64,000 nucleotides of DNA from Thermoplasmata archaeon (lineage in GTDB: Archaea > Thermoplasmatota > Thermoplasmata > Lutacidiplasmatales > UBA184), in NCBI GenBank assembly GCA_021817245.1, contig JAKAVQ010000010.1, positions 2,722 through 66,721 of the forward strand, written 5' to 3'. The notes beneath the pieces are model-generated. The model worked only from the letters and a program-made list of their open reading frames with translations, made no database searches and was not told the DNA's origin. The position numbers were made by a program, and so were the translations under genes. Positions 20,552-30,886 of the stretch are shown in pieces. Position 1 is the first letter of the stretch. Every line of letters begins with the position of its first letter.

Positions 20552-20649
20552 GCTCGAAGAGAGCGTCAAGGGTTTTTGGGCTCTTGCCCCCGCCGCGCTC
20601 GAGCCCCTCGGGCGCCGACTCGGTCGCTTGGCCTTCCGAGCGCCGACCT

Positions 20650-21618
20650 TCACCCGTCGAGGGGGATCGACCGGTCCCATCGAACGCCGCCCCGGTCCCC
20701 GGCGCTCAACGGCGCCGACCCGGCGCGACGGCGAAGCTCGGCGCGGTCGCCAGCGTCCGTCCGCACGACCACGAGCTCCTCCCGGCCGACGGACCCTGCG
20801 GTGACGACGGTCGCGGCGAGTCCCCCGGTGCCCACCGCTTCCCAGCGGAGGTCGGCCGCGTGCACGGCCTCGAGCCCGCGGGGCCCGGTCAGGACGTTGT
20901 AGCCGAGGAATCGCGCCGCCCGCTCCGAGCCGGGGCCCGCGTAGACCTCGGACGGGCGCCCGACGCGCTCGAGGCGGCCGTCGAAGAGGAGGCCCACGCG
21001 GTCGCCGAGGAACAATCCCTCCTCCCGGTCGTGCGTCACGTGGATCGCCGCGATGCCCCGCGTGCCGAGAACGCGCCGGAACTCCGCGCGGAGCTCCGCC
21101 TTGAGCTCGACGTCGATCGAGGCGAACGGCTCGTCGAGCAGGACGAGGCGAGGCCGGGCCGCCAGCGTCCGCGCGAGCGCCACGCGCTGACGCTCTCCCC
21201 CCGAAAGCTGGTCCGGCCGCCGGTCCTCGAACCCACCGAGCCGCAGCAAGCTCACGAGCTCGTCGACCTCTCGGTCGACCTCGGGCCGCGGTCGCCGGTG
21301 CAGCAGCGGAGCGTAGGCGATGTTCTCGTAGACGGTTCGGTGGGGGAAGAGGGCCGGGTCCTGGAACATCAGACCGATACCCCGTCGGTGGACGGGCCAC
21401 GCGCTCACATCGACGCCGCCGAGGACGACCCGGCCGCGGTCCGGGGGTTCGAGTCCGAGGACGGCGCGCAGGAGCGTGGTCTTTCCGCTCCCGTTCGGAC
21501 CGAGCAGGACGAAGAACTCCCCGTCCGCCACGGTCAGCGAGATGTCGCGCAGGACCGGCCGACCGTCCCACGACGACGAAAGCCCCGTCACCTGGAGAAG
21601 CGGCTCAGAGCTCGACAC
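20650..21618 (-). CDS. ABC transporter ATP-binding subunit (ThiQ-like)
   Basis: GPNGSGKT, LSGGERQR, LLDEPF, VTHDREE; in an operon with the permease and binding protein. Confidence 0.9.
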   Translation of the reverse strand: MSSSEPLLQVTGLSSSWDGRPVLRDISLTVADGEFFVLLGPNGSGKTTLLRAVLGLEPPDRGRVVLGGVDVSAWPVHRRGIGLMFQDPALFPHRTVYENIAYAPLLHRRPRPEVDREVDELVSLLRLGGFEDRRPDQLSGGERQRVALARTLAARPRLVLLDEPFASIDVELKAELRAEFRRVLGTRGIAAIHVTHDREEGLFLGDRVGLLFDGRLERVGRPSEVYAGPGSERAARFLGYNVLTGPRGLEAVHAADLRWEAVGTGGLAATVVTAGSVGREELVVVRTDAGDRAELRRRAGSAPLSAGDRGGVRWDRSIPLDG

Positions 21619-23227
21619 GTCGGCCTCCGACGGCGATCGCGAGGAAGACCGCGAGGCTGAGGAGCAACAAGAGCCCCGCCGCCGCGTCGGCGACCGCGAA
21701 GAGGCGGCTATCGGCGAGCTCGTAGAGCGCGACCGGGAGCGTGGTCAGCCGGGCCGTGACGAGGAAGTTGGTGGCGGTGAATTCCCCGAGGCCGAGCGCG
21801 AACGCGAAGAGGCCGGCGGTGGCGAGGCCGTCGCGCACCCGGGGAAGGTCCGCGTCGACGAACGCGACCCATCGGGACGCACCGAGCGCTTCGGCTCCCT
21901 CGCGGACCGACGGAGAGAGACCGGTGAGCGGGATCTCGATGCTCTGGAGCGCGAACGGGAGCGCGAGGATCGACTGGCTGACGATCACCAGGATCCACAC
22001 GTTCGGCGCCCCTCCGAGCAAGGGCCGCCAGAACTCGGCGAGCGCGACCGCGAGCACGACCGGCGAGAGCAGAAGGGGGACGAACAGCACGAGGCCGAGC
22101 GCGCCCGCCCGCGCGGGACGCCCCTGGACCGCGTACCCGAGCACGATCCCGAGGAGGAGGGCGACGACCGCGGCCCCCGTGGCGAAGAGGAGCGTGTTCG
22201 CGACCAGCCCGACCGCACTGACCCCGAGGCGCGCCGTCGTCGCGTCCGAGAAGAGGGCGACCCAGGCGCTCGCGGGTCCCCGGCTCCCGATCGGCGCGAG
22301 CGTGCGGTCGAGGACGGCCGCGAGGAGGACCACGACGCTCCCGAGGACGAGCGCGGTCTCGGCCGCGAGGGCGACGCCGACGACCGACCGCCCGGGGACG
22401 GAGCGCCGGCGCGGCCGGGCCCGGCCCGAGGCGCCGCGAAGGCGCCCGAGCAGCGCGAGGTAGGCGACCGTCGGAAGGAGGAAAAGCCCGACCATCGCGA
22501 GCGCGAGCGCGCCGGCGGCGGTCGGCTCGAGCGTGAGGGACGCGAGCGACCAGATCCGGGCCTCGACCGTGTAGCATCGGGGACCGCACAGGAGCAGGGG
22601 CGGCGCGAACGACAGCGACGAGAACAGGAACGTGAGCAGCCCTCCCGCGGCCGCGCCGACCCAGGTCGGGGCCGCCCATACGTCGACGTACGCGCGCCCC
22701 GGCGAACCGCCGAGCGAGGCGACTGTCTCCTCGAGGTCGCGCGGAGCGCTCTCGCCACCGGTCGAGGTGAAGAGGACGACGATCGGGACGTTGAAGGCGA
22801 GGTTCGCGACGACGATCGCGGGAAGGCCGGAACCGAACGTCCCGAACCACGGCACGGCCGACGAGAGCACCCCGTCCGCGCCGAACAGGTCGAGGACGCC
22901 GAAGACGACGATCAGGCTCGGGAGGAGGAACGGGACCAGGAGCAGCGAGCGCAGGATGTCCCGCCCGGGAAAGGCGTATCGGCCGAAGAAGACCCCGGCG
23001 GGGTACCCGAGCGCGACCGCGAGCAGCGCCGACAGGCCCCCCTGCTCGAGGGAGTTCTCGATCGACGCGACGTTGAGGGGGCTCGAAACGATGGCGACGA
23101 TCCCGCCGAGACCCCCGGCCGCCGCGGCGGTGCTCGCGAACAGGACGACCGCCGGCACGAGGGCGAACAGGACGACGAACGCGAGCGCCGGCGAGAGCGC
23201 GAGCATGTCGCGCCCGGAGATCCTCAT
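21605..23227 (-). CDS. thiP: ABC transporter permease (ThiP/FbpB-like, two BPD domains)
   Basis: Two EAA-like loops (LEETVASLGGS, REGAEALGASRW), many TM helices, ATGA coupling to thiB. Confidence 0.85.
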   Translation of the reverse strand: MRISGRDMLALSPALAFVVLFALVPAVVLFASTAAAAGGLGGIVAIVSSPLNVASIENSLEQGGLSALLAVALGYPAGVFFGRYAFPGRDILRSLLLVPFLLPSLIVVFGVLDLFGADGVLSSAVPWFGTFGSGLPAIVVANLAFNVPIVVLFTSTGGESAPRDLEETVASLGGSPGRAYVDVWAAPTWVGAAAGGLLTFLFSSLSFAPPLLLCGPRCYTVEARIWSLASLTLEPTAAGALALAMVGLFLLPTVAYLALLGRLRGASGRARPRRRSVPGRSVVGVALAAETALVLGSVVVLLAAVLDRTLAPIGSRGPASAWVALFSDATTARLGVSAVGLVANTLLFATGAAVVALLLGIVLGYAVQGRPARAGALGLVLFVPLLLSPVVLAVALAEFWRPLLGGAPNVWILVIVSQSILALPFALQSIEIPLTGLSPSVREGAEALGASRWVAFVDADLPRVRDGLATAGLFAFALGLGEFTATNFLVTARLTTLPVALYELADSRLFAVADAAAGLLLLLSLAVFLAIAVGGRRVEL

Positions 23228-24390
23228 GGCGGCAGGAGCTGGTTCGCGAGCTGCTCGTACGTCGCGACCCAACCCGGAAGGGAACCGGCGACCGCGTCCG
23301 GCGTCGTTAGGGCGTTCAGCGGAACGATCGTGGACGGCGGCACCGCGGCGCCGAAGACGGCCGGCAGAGGGATCGTCGCGTTCGCGGGGTATTCCCACTC
23401 GTTCGTCGGGATCTGGGCCTGGACGGCCCCGCTCAGGAACCACTGCTCGAACTCCTGGTCGAGGGTCAGGTGGCGGGAGCCGGCCACGATCCCGATCCCG
23501 TAGACCGTCCGCCAGCCGTACGCGGTGCCGTTCCACCAGCTCACGGTCGAGTTGAACTGACCGGCCTGCCCGTAGAAGGCGGCGTAGGCGGGGTCGGTCG
23601 AGTAGCTCACGACCATCCGGGGGTTCCCCGGGGGTGTCGAGAACTGGCCGAACGCGGTGCCCCAATCGGGCGCCGGCTTGTAGGCGAGGTGTGGGAGCAT
23701 GCTCGTCCAGAACGACGTCCAGTTCTCGTGGAGGACCTGGAGGTAGTATTCCACTTCCCAGACGAGGAACTCCTCGCCCGTGATGTCCGTGGTCGGGTCC
23801 TCGTAAAGGAACTGGGCCGCCCAGCTGGCGTTCGTCGCCAGCTCGGGGAAGCTCGCGGTGGCGACCGCGCCCCGGGTCGCCGCGTAGAACGACGCGTTGT
23901 AGTCGATCGCCAAGTATCCCCACTCGTACGGGACCGCTCCGAAGGCGGGGCTCAGCTCGCTCGCGAGCGCCGGCGACACGTTGGCGAGCTCGGGAGGGGC
24001 GTACGGGACGAGGAGATGGTGGGCCTCCGCCTGGGGGGCGGTGATCTCGTCGAGCCCGATCACGAGGTCCGCCGCGGGGGCGTTCGCCTGCTGGAGGAGC
24101 GTGTTCACCAGCGTTCCGCTCGGGTACTCCACGTCGATGCGCACGTGGTGGGCGCTCTCGAACGGCGCGAAGACGCTCTCGAACGCCGGCGTCCCGGCGC
24201 CCCCGAAAAGACTGGGGTAGGTGTAGACGACGAGCGTGGGTTCGCCGAGCACCGAGTTCACGTAGAGCGCAATGCCGACGCCGGCCAGGACGACAACGAC
24301 CGCCACGGCCGTGGTGGTCACCACGCGGCCGAGCCTCCCGGGCGCTCGCAGGCGTCGTGGCGGAGCCGGAGCGACGGGGGGTCCGGTCAT
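23224..24390 (-). CDS. thiB: Thiamine ABC transporter substrate-binding protein
   Basis: [59 protein letters not shown]; N-terminal TM anchor; TPP riboswitch upstream. Confidence 0.88.
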   Translation of the reverse strand: MTGPPVAPAPPRRLRAPGRLGRVVTTTAVAVVVVLAGVGIALYVNSVLGEPTLVVYTYPSLFGGAGTPAFESVFAPFESAHHVRIDVEYPSGTLVNTLLQQANAPAADLVIGLDEITAPQAEAHHLLVPYAPPELANVSPALASELSPAFGAVPYEWGYLAIDYNASFYAATRGAVATASFPELATNASWAAQFLYEDPTTDITGEEFLVWEVEYYLQVLHENWTSFWTSMLPHLAYKPAPDWGTAFGQFSTPPGNPRMVVSYSTDPAYAAFYGQAGQFNSTVSWWNGTAYGWRTVYGIGIVAGSRHLTLDQEFEQWFLSGAVQAQIPTNEWEYPANATIPLPAVFGAAVPPSTIVPLNALTTPDAVAGSLPGWVATYEQLANQLLPP

Positions 24391-24431
24391 CCTCGACCGC
24401 GACCGGTCGAGAGTCCTCTCAAGGGCGGCAT

Positions 24432-24523
24432 CGCAATCCCTTCGCGGGCATTATCCCGTGCAGGTTCGTGGGGTCGACGGGACGCTGTCCCGTCCTCTCA
24501 GCCGGTGCCCAGCTCCCCCTGCG
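24432..24523 (-). ncRNA. TPP (thiamine pyrophosphate) riboswitch
   Basis: Minus strand reads CGCAGGGGGAGC..GGCTGAGAG-GACGGGAC/GTCCCGTC-GACCC-CACGAACCTG-CACGGGATAATGCCCGCGAAGGGATTGCG. This contains the conserved GCTGAGA, ACCC, AACCTG, GATAATGCC and GCGAAGGGA elements, with P1 CGCAG/TTGCG, directly upstream of thiB. Confidence 0.93.
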
Positions 24524-24622
24524 GGACCTCGGACGACCCGCCGGGAATTAAGGTTTGAGGCGGGCGCGGACGCGGGCCCACCGTCTTATAGACCTCCGCG
24601 ATTTTCCGGTTTGGACTTCTCA

Positions 24623-25570
24623 ATGGCCGACCTGATGGGAAAGCTCCGGTTCGGGACCGAGCTCGTGAAGCGCGGGTTCGCCCGCATGCAGCAGGGGGGC
24701 GTGATCATGGACGTCACGAACGCCGACCAGGCCGGGATCGCGGAGGAGGCCGGCGCTGTCGCCGTGATGGCGCTCGAGCGCGTCCCTTCCGATATCCGGG
24801 CGATGGGCGGCGTGGCCCGGATGGCCGACCCCCAGAAGATTCGCGAGATCCGGGAGCGGGTCTCGATACCGGTGATGGCGAAGTGCCGCATCGGCCACAC
24901 CGCCGAAGCGCAGATCCTTCAGGCCCTCGCGGTCGACATGATCGACGAGTCCGAGGTGCTGACGCCGGCCGACCCGTTCCAGCACGTCGACAAGAAGCCG
25001 TTCAAGGTCCCATTCGTCTGCGGCGCCCGCAACCTCGGCGAGGCGTTGCGGCGGATCGACGAAGGGGCCGCGATGATCCGGACGAAGGGCGAGGCGGGCA
25101 CCGGCAACGTCGTCGAGGCGGTGCGGCACATCCGCCAGATGAACTACGACATCCGCGAGGTCCTCGGTCTGAGCAAGAAGGACGTCGCCGCGTGGGCGAA
25201 GAAGGAGCGGGTCTCCGAGGCGACCGTCCTCGAGGTCCGCGAGCTGAAGCGCCTGCCCGTCGTCAATTTCGCGGCGGGCGGGATCGCGACACCGGCCGAC
25301 GCGGCGCTCTGTCGGGAGCTCGGGGTCGACGGCGTGTTCGTCGGCAGCGGGATCTTCAAGTCGCAGCATCCGATGAAGGTCGCCCGGGCGATCGTCGAGG
25401 CCTCGTTGCATTACGACGACCCCGACGTGCTCGCGCGAGTCTCGACCGGTCTCGGCGAGGCGATGCGCGGCCTCGACGTGGCGACCCTGCCCGCCGAGCA
25501 GCTGCTCCAAGGCCGGGAGTCGGAGCCGCTCGACTCGGGCGCGCGACGGCATCCCCCGACCGCGGCGTGA
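24623..25570 (+). CDS. pdxS: Pyridoxal 5'-phosphate synthase lyase subunit
   Basis: [69 protein letters not shown]. Confidence 0.97.
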   Translation: MADLMGKLRFGTELVKRGFARMQQGGVIMDVTNADQAGIAEEAGAVAVMALERVPSDIRAMGGVARMADPQKIREIRERVSIPVMAKCRIGHTAEAQILQALAVDMIDESEVLTPADPFQHVDKKPFKVPFVCGARNLGEALRRIDEGAAMIRTKGEAGTGNVVEAVRHIRQMNYDIREVLGLSKKDVAAWAKKERVSEATVLEVRELKRLPVVNFAAGGIATPADAALCRELGVDGVFVGSGIFKSQHPMKVARAIVEASLHYDDPDVLARVSTGLGEAMRGLDVATLPAEQLLQGRESEPLDSGARRHPPTAA

Positions 25571-25634
25571 CCCCTCGGACCCGACCGTGCCGTCCGCCGA
25601 TGAGCTGAAACCCGAGGGACGATAGTCCTCGACC

Positions 25635-26768
25635 GTGCGGATCGTCCAGGTCTCCCCGTTCTTCCACCCTCACGCCGGCGGGGTGGAGTCGCACGTCCGA
25701 GGGCTGGCCGGTGAATTCACCCGCGAGGGCCACGACGTCACCGTCGTGACGTCCCGCTACGACCGGCACCTTCCCGCGGAGGAGTCGTTCGAGGGGTACC
25801 GGATCCGGCGGTCGAGGACGCTCGGGATCGCGCTCAACACTCCGATCGATGTCGGCACGGGCCGACTCCTTCGGTCCCTCCCGGCGGACATCGTCCACCT
25901 CCACTATCCTCCGCCGCTCACGTCGTACTTCGCCACCCGTGCGCTCGCGGCGACGCGGGTCCCGATCTGCCTCACCTACCACTGCGACCTCTTCCTCGGA
26001 GGACTCGGCGGCCGGGCGCTCGCCGCCCTCTACCAGCGGGCGTTCCTGCCGCCGACCCTGCGCCGCGTCGACCGGATCGTCGTGCACACCCGCAGTTACG
26101 GGGACACGTCCGCCGTGCTGCGCGGGCGCACCCTCTCGGTCATCCCGTCGGTGGTCGACCTGGCCCGCTTCCGTCCCGGGCTCGACGCGAGCGCGCTCCG
26201 TGGCGACCTGAGGCTCGAGGGGAAGCGGGTGCTCGGCTTCACCGGGCGACTCGTTCCCCACAAGGGCGTCGACGTGATCCTCGAGGCGCTCTCGCTCCTC
26301 CCGAAGGATGTCGTGCTGCTCGTCGTCGGGGCCGGTCCGCGGCTGCCGAGCCTCATCGGCCACGCGCGCCGCCTCGGCGTCGAGGGCCGCGTTCGCTTCT
26401 GTCCCGCGGTCTCCGACGACGAGCTCCCCCGGTACCTCGCGCTCGCCGACGTCTTCGTCTTCCCGAGCCAGAACCGGCTCGAGGGGTTCGGCCTCGTCGT
26501 CGCCGAAGCGATGGCGGCCGGTCTGCCGGTCGTGATCGCCGACATGCCCGGGGTGCGCGAGGTCATCGAGCCCGGCACGGAGGGGCTGCTCACCGAACCG
26601 CTCCTCGCGCCGGACCTCGCTGAAAAGGTCCGCCGCCTCCTCGACCAGCCCGAACTCGCGCGGACGATGGGTGCGGCCGGGCGGCGACGGGCGGAGGCCC
26701 GCTACGGGCTCGCAACCGTCGCGCGCGAGCTCCTCACTCTTTACGAAGACCTGCGCGCAACTGGTTGA
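25635..26768 (+). CDS. GT4 glycosyltransferase
   Basis: HPHAGGVESHV, TGRLVPHKG, EGFGLVVAEAMAAGLPV. Confidence 0.9.
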   Translation: MRIVQVSPFFHPHAGGVESHVRGLAGEFTREGHDVTVVTSRYDRHLPAEESFEGYRIRRSRTLGIALNTPIDVGTGRLLRSLPADIVHLHYPPPLTSYFATRALAATRVPICLTYHCDLFLGGLGGRALAALYQRAFLPPTLRRVDRIVVHTRSYGDTSAVLRGRTLSVIPSVVDLARFRPGLDASALRGDLRLEGKRVLGFTGRLVPHKGVDVILEALSLLPKDVVLLVVGAGPRLPSLIGHARRLGVEGRVRFCPAVSDDELPRYLALADVFVFPSQNRLEGFGLVVAEAMAAGLPVVIADMPGVREVIEPGTEGLLTEPLLAPDLAEKVRRLLDQPELARTMGAAGRRRAEARYGLATVARELLTLYEDLRATG

Positions 26769-27576
26769 TCTGGACCTTGAGGCGCTCGGCCTCCGCGCCG
26801 GCCGCGCGCTTCCAGTCGGCACCCGAGGAGGCGTAGAGGATGCTGCGCGAGGCGTTGACGACCAGCGCGCGACCCCGCGCATCGACGCCTTCCCGCACGG
26901 CGGTCGAGAGCGAGCCTCCCTGGGCCCCGACGCCGGGGACGAGGATCGGGATCCCGTTGCCGAGCGCGGCGCGCGCGTGGCGGAACGCGTCCGAGAACGT
27001 CGCCCCGATGACCACCCCGAGGTTCCCGTGCGCGTGGGCGAGCCGTCGGACCTCGCCCACGACCGCAAGCCAGAGCGGCCCGCGGGGCGTGGGGATCTCC
27101 TGGAAGTCGAGCGCGCCCGGGTTCGACGAGTGGGCGACCACGAACGCACCGTGCGCGCTGTCGTCCAGGAACGGCTGGAGCGTTTCCCAGCCGAGCCAGG
27201 GAGTGAGCGTCACCGCGTCGAACCCCAGCGCCCGGAACGCCCCGTCGCGGTGCATGCGCATCACGTTCGGGATGTCGTTCGCCTTGAGGTCGAGGATTCG
27301 TAGGCGGGTCGGCCCGATCTTCTTCGGCAGCGACGCGAGGACCTCGATCCCCTTCGGGCCGTACTGGAGGTAAGCGCCGAGCTGCATCTTGTACGCAGCG
27401 GCGTGCGGGTACGTCGCCTGGAGGACCCCGCCGAGGAACCGCTCGAGCTGGGCTCGCGGCGCGAGCCGCTTGAGCGCCTTCGGCATCATCGCGGGGTCGG
27501 GGTCGAGCCCGACGCAGACGAGGGAGTTCCGGGCGGCGAGGATCCGGTCGACCTTTTGGTTGAACCTGAGCGCCAA
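26734..27576 (-). CDS. pyrF: Orotidine-5'-phosphate decarboxylase (subfamily 2)
   Basis: CVGLDP, ILDLKANDIPN (DxKxxDI), ILVPGVGAQGG, NASRSILYAS. Start is TTG 27576 or GTG/ATG near 27603. Confidence 0.92.
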   Translation of the reverse strand: MALRFNQKVDRILAARNSLVCVGLDPDPAMMPKALKRLAPRAQLERFLGGVLQATYPHAAAYKMQLGAYLQYGPKGIEVLASLPKKIGPTRLRILDLKANDIPNVMRMHRDGAFRALGFDAVTLTPWLGWETLQPFLDDSAHGAFVVAHSSNPGALDFQEIPTPRGPLWLAVVGEVRRLAHAHGNLGVVIGATFSDAFRHARAALGNGIPILVPGVGAQGGSLSTAVREGVDARGRALVVNASRSILYASSGADWKRAAGAEAERLKVQINQLRAGLRKE

Positions 27577-27725
27577 GTCGCTCGGGCATCGTGCGCGGGG
27601 CAAAAGGCTTGCCGCCGCACGGCCTCGGGGCCGGGGCGCGCGGGGCCGGCCCGCCGTTCATCGCCCGCGGGGGCCGCGGCAGCTTTATCGGTACCCGCCG
27701 TTCCTCGCGCTCGGTCCCGCGCGCG

Positions 27726-28892
27726 ATGGCTCCCGCCGAACCTTCCACGGCCCCTCCCGAGGTGCGACTGCGCGACCTCCGTGCCGAGACCTCTCCGGTC
27801 GAGCTGGTCGCCCGCGTCGTCTCGTTCGAACGACGGGAGATCACCCGCCAGTCCGACGGGAGCCGCCGGCCCCTCCTCTCGGGCCTCCTGAGCGACGGCA
27901 GCGCCACGGTCCGGTTCACCTGGTGGGACCCGCCCAAGGAGGGTATCGAGAGAGGCACCGTATTGAGGGCGGTCGGCGCCGAGGTCCGAGAGTTCCGCGG
28001 CAAGCCCGAGGTATCGTTCACCTGGCGGACCCGGGTCGGCCCGGCGAGCCCGGCCGAACTGCCGCGGATCGCAGCGGAGGACCTGCCCCGGAGGTCCGTT
28101 CGGGAGCTCGCCCCGCCCGACGAAGGGTTCCGGGTCGAGGTGCGCGTCGTCCGGGTCGCGCCTCGGTCGGTCACCGTCGGGGAGGAACGCCGCGTCGTCC
28201 ACGACGGGCTCGTGGCCGACCGGACCGGTGCGATCGCGCTCTCCGCGTGGAGCGACTTCGGACTGCGGCCGGGAGAGGCCGTCGACATCCTCGGGGCGTA
28301 CGTACGGACCTTCCGCAACCGGCCCCAGCTCGTCCTCGACGAACGGTCGACGGTCCTCCGCGTCGACGGCCGGGACCTTCCCGAGCCCGCCACCTTCCTC
28401 GCGTCGGCCCCCCGCACGATCGCCCGCGTGGAAGACGAAGGCGGGGGCGAGGCGGTGGCGGTCGAGGGGATTGTCGTGGGACTACTGCCCCCGAGCGGGC
28501 TTGTCTACCGGTGCCCGACGTGCCACCGGTCGGTCAAGAACGGCCTCTGCCGGGTCCACGGCACCGTGGACGGCCAGGCCGACCTGAGGGCCCGGATCGT
28601 CCTCGACGACGGGACGGGCGCCCTGACCGTGAACGCCGGGCGCGCCGACACCGAACGACTTTCGGGGATGACGCTCGAAGAGGCGCAGCGCCGTCTGCGC
28701 GAGCAACCCGACCCGACGCTCCTCGAGGAGCGGATCTTCGAGCACCTGTTCGGCCGCCGCCTGCGCGTCCGCGGCCTCGGCACGAAGGACGACTTCGGCG
28801 TTACCATCACCCCCGAGTCGATCGAGACGGTCGAGCTCGACCTTTCCTCCACGGCCGACGAGCTCTCCGCCCGCCTCGGGGGGAACCGATAG
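27726..28892 (+). CDS. Replication protein A (multi-OB-fold, Zn finger)
   Basis: Three OB folds (GLLSDGSATVRFTWW, GLVADRTGAIALSAW, RIVLDDGTG) and a CPTC..CRVH Zn motif. Confidence 0.88.
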   Translation: MAPAEPSTAPPEVRLRDLRAETSPVELVARVVSFERREITRQSDGSRRPLLSGLLSDGSATVRFTWWDPPKEGIERGTVLRAVGAEVREFRGKPEVSFTWRTRVGPASPAELPRIAAEDLPRRSVRELAPPDEGFRVEVRVVRVAPRSVTVGEERRVVHDGLVADRTGAIALSAWSDFGLRPGEAVDILGAYVRTFRNRPQLVLDERSTVLRVDGRDLPEPATFLASAPRTIARVEDEGGGEAVAVEGIVVGLLPPSGLVYRCPTCHRSVKNGLCRVHGTVDGQADLRARIVLDDGTGALTVNAGRADTERLSGMTLEEAQRRLREQPDPTLLEERIFEHLFGRRLRVRGLGTKDDFGVTITPESIETVELDLSSTADELSARLGGNR

Positions 28893-29812
28893 TGGCGTTG
28901 CGCGAACTGGCCTGGCGCGTGACGACCCGCGAGCTCGAGGGCTCGCTCGAGGAGGAGCCAGGCGAAGGAGAGCGCGCGGCGTCGTATCTTGTGAGCCCGT
29001 TCGGTGCGCGGATGAACCGCGTCCTCGTCGCGGGCACGCTTTCGCCGGCCGAGCCGATCGGTCGGGACGCTTCGCAGCCGTTCTGGCGCGCGCGCCTGAA
29101 CGACCCGACGGGCGCGGTGGCCGTCACCGCAGGGTCGTTCCAGCCCCGGGCGATGGCCGCCCTTCGCTCCTCGACCGCCCCGCGACCCGCGGTCGTGGTC
29201 GGCAAGGTCCACCTCTACCGGGGCCGGGACGGGGTCGGGTACGTCTCCGTGCGGGCGGAGGCGGTCCGTTTCGTCGGCGAAACGGACGAACGAGGGGTCC
29301 TCGCCGACGTCGTCCGCCAGACCCTCGACCGGCTCGACCTCGTCGACCGCCTCGCCGCCGAGCCCGACCTCTCCGACGAGACGCTCGCCGCCGAAGGCGT
29401 GCCGCGGGTCTGGGCCCGGGCGGCGCGCATCGCCCTTCGCCGCTACCCGAACGTCGACCGGCCCGGCTTCCGCGACGAGCTGCGCACGGCGATCCGTCGG
29501 GTCGCCGGCGACTCCGGGCCGATCGCCGCGCCGGAACCCCTTCCGCCGACCGTGACCGTCACGCGCACCCCACCTCCTCGAGCTCCGCCCCCCGCGCCTA
29601 CCGCCGCCGAGCGCGACGAGGAGGCGGTCTTCCTCGACCTGCTCGACGAGATCGCCGACGTCGCGGTCGACGGCTACGCCGACCTCAAAGAGCTCCTCGC
29701 CCGGGTCGGGGCCCGGGGAATCGCGGCGGTCCGTGCCGAGGCAATCCTCAATCGGCTCGAAGAGGAGGGCGTCCTCGAGGAGCCGATCGTCGGGAAGCTT
29801 CGCCGGGCCTGA
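28892..29812 (+). CDS. RPA-associated protein (OB fold plus C-terminal winged helix)
   Basis: LRELAWRV..REL, YLVSPFGARMNRVLVAG, RARLNDPTG, C-terminal LNRLEEEGVLEEP; coupled to the RPA stop codon. Confidence 0.85.
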   Translation: MALRELAWRVTTRELEGSLEEEPGEGERAASYLVSPFGARMNRVLVAGTLSPAEPIGRDASQPFWRARLNDPTGAVAVTAGSFQPRAMAALRSSTAPRPAVVVGKVHLYRGRDGVGYVSVRAEAVRFVGETDERGVLADVVRQTLDRLDLVDRLAAEPDLSDETLAAEGVPRVWARAARIALRRYPNVDRPGFRDELRTAIRRVAGDSGPIAAPEPLPPTVTVTRTPPPRAPPPAPTAAERDEEAVFLDLLDEIADVAVDGYADLKELLARVGARGIAAVRAEAILNRLEEEGVLEEPIVGKLRRA

Positions 29813-29947
29813 CCGACCCCTTGCCCGGACGAGGATTTATATCGCCCCCCGGCTCGGGGCTCGGGGGAATGAGGAACACCTGTCTCTCCGAACTCGTGAC
29901 GAGACCAGCGACACGCTGACCCCCAACCCGACCGCACGGTAAGACCC

Positions 29948-30868
29948 ATGGCGAACCCGAACCGGCCGTCCCTCCTTCTCCCCATCGTCCTGGTCGTCGT
30001 GGTGCTGGTCGCCGCGGGCGTGGGTACCGTGCTCCTCTACGAGCACAACAACGTGCGGCCCACGGCCCCCATCCGCGTCGTGCAGGTCGGGGACAACGTC
30101 ACCGTGAACTACATCGGCTACTTCGGGAGCGGACCCCAGGCGGGCCGGGTCTTCGACACCTCGATCTACTCGGTCGCGACGAACAACCTGACGTGGCCCA
30201 AGTCGCTCGAGTTCTCCTACCGCGGGAGCGCCGCCGCGTACTCCCCGCTCCCCGTACACGTCGGGCCGTCCGCGCCCCCGGGCGGATATGCGGTCGGCGG
30301 TCTCACGTTCTCGAGCGTCGTCCCGGGGTTCTGGCAGGGGCTCCTCGGCCTGCCGGTCAACACGAGCCAGACCGTCCCCGTGCCGCCGGACCTCGGCTAC
30401 GGGCCGGGGAACCCGGCGTGCCTCGTCCTCCGACCGCTGACGACCACCGTGCCGGTGACGGTGAACGTTCCGCCGGCGAACTTCACGAAGAGCTACCCGG
30501 GCACGAACGCGACCCCGGGGGTCGAGTTCGTCGACCCGACGTATGGGTGGAACGACCTTATCCTCTCCGCGAACGCCTCCGCGGTGGTCGTCGAGAACCT
30601 TCCATCGGTCGGCTGGACCGTGCCCGGTACCGGCTGGCCCGTCGTGGTGACGAACGTCACGACGACGACGATCACGGTCACGAACCGACTCGCGCTCTCC
30701 GACCAGGGTCTCGTCCTGGGCCAAGGCACCGCCCCGAGCGGCTGCTCCCAGTCGAAGTACATCGTCTCCGCCGTGGACCCCGCGGAAGGGACGTACACCC
30801 AGGACTTCAACCCCGAGGTCGACGGCCAGACGCTCGTCTTCGTCGTCAGCGTCTACGAGTTCTACTAG
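29948..30868 (+). CDS. Membrane-anchored FKBP-type peptidyl-prolyl isomerase
   Basis: N-terminal TM; GDNVTVNYIG, VFDTSI, VVPGFWQGLLG, VPPDLGYG, DFNPEVDGQTLVFVV. Confidence 0.85.
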   Translation: MANPNRPSLLLPIVLVVVVLVAAGVGTVLLYEHNNVRPTAPIRVVQVGDNVTVNYIGYFGSGPQAGRVFDTSIYSVATNNLTWPKSLEFSYRGSAAAYSPLPVHVGPSAPPGGYAVGGLTFSSVVPGFWQGLLGLPVNTSQTVPVPPDLGYGPGNPACLVLRPLTTTVPVTVNVPPANFTKSYPGTNATPGVEFVDPTYGWNDLILSANASAVVVENLPSVGWTVPGTGWPVVVTNVTTTTITVTNRLALSDQGLVLGQGTAPSGCSQSKYIVSAVDPAEGTYTQDFNPEVDGQTLVFVVSVYEFY

Positions 30869-30886
30869 GCCAGGACCGGCCCCGGC

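Noticed and set aside
17795-21571. Apparent 1258-aa aconitase with N-terminal extension
   Set aside because: The extension is an alternative frame of the ABC ATPase; the real start is near 20551.
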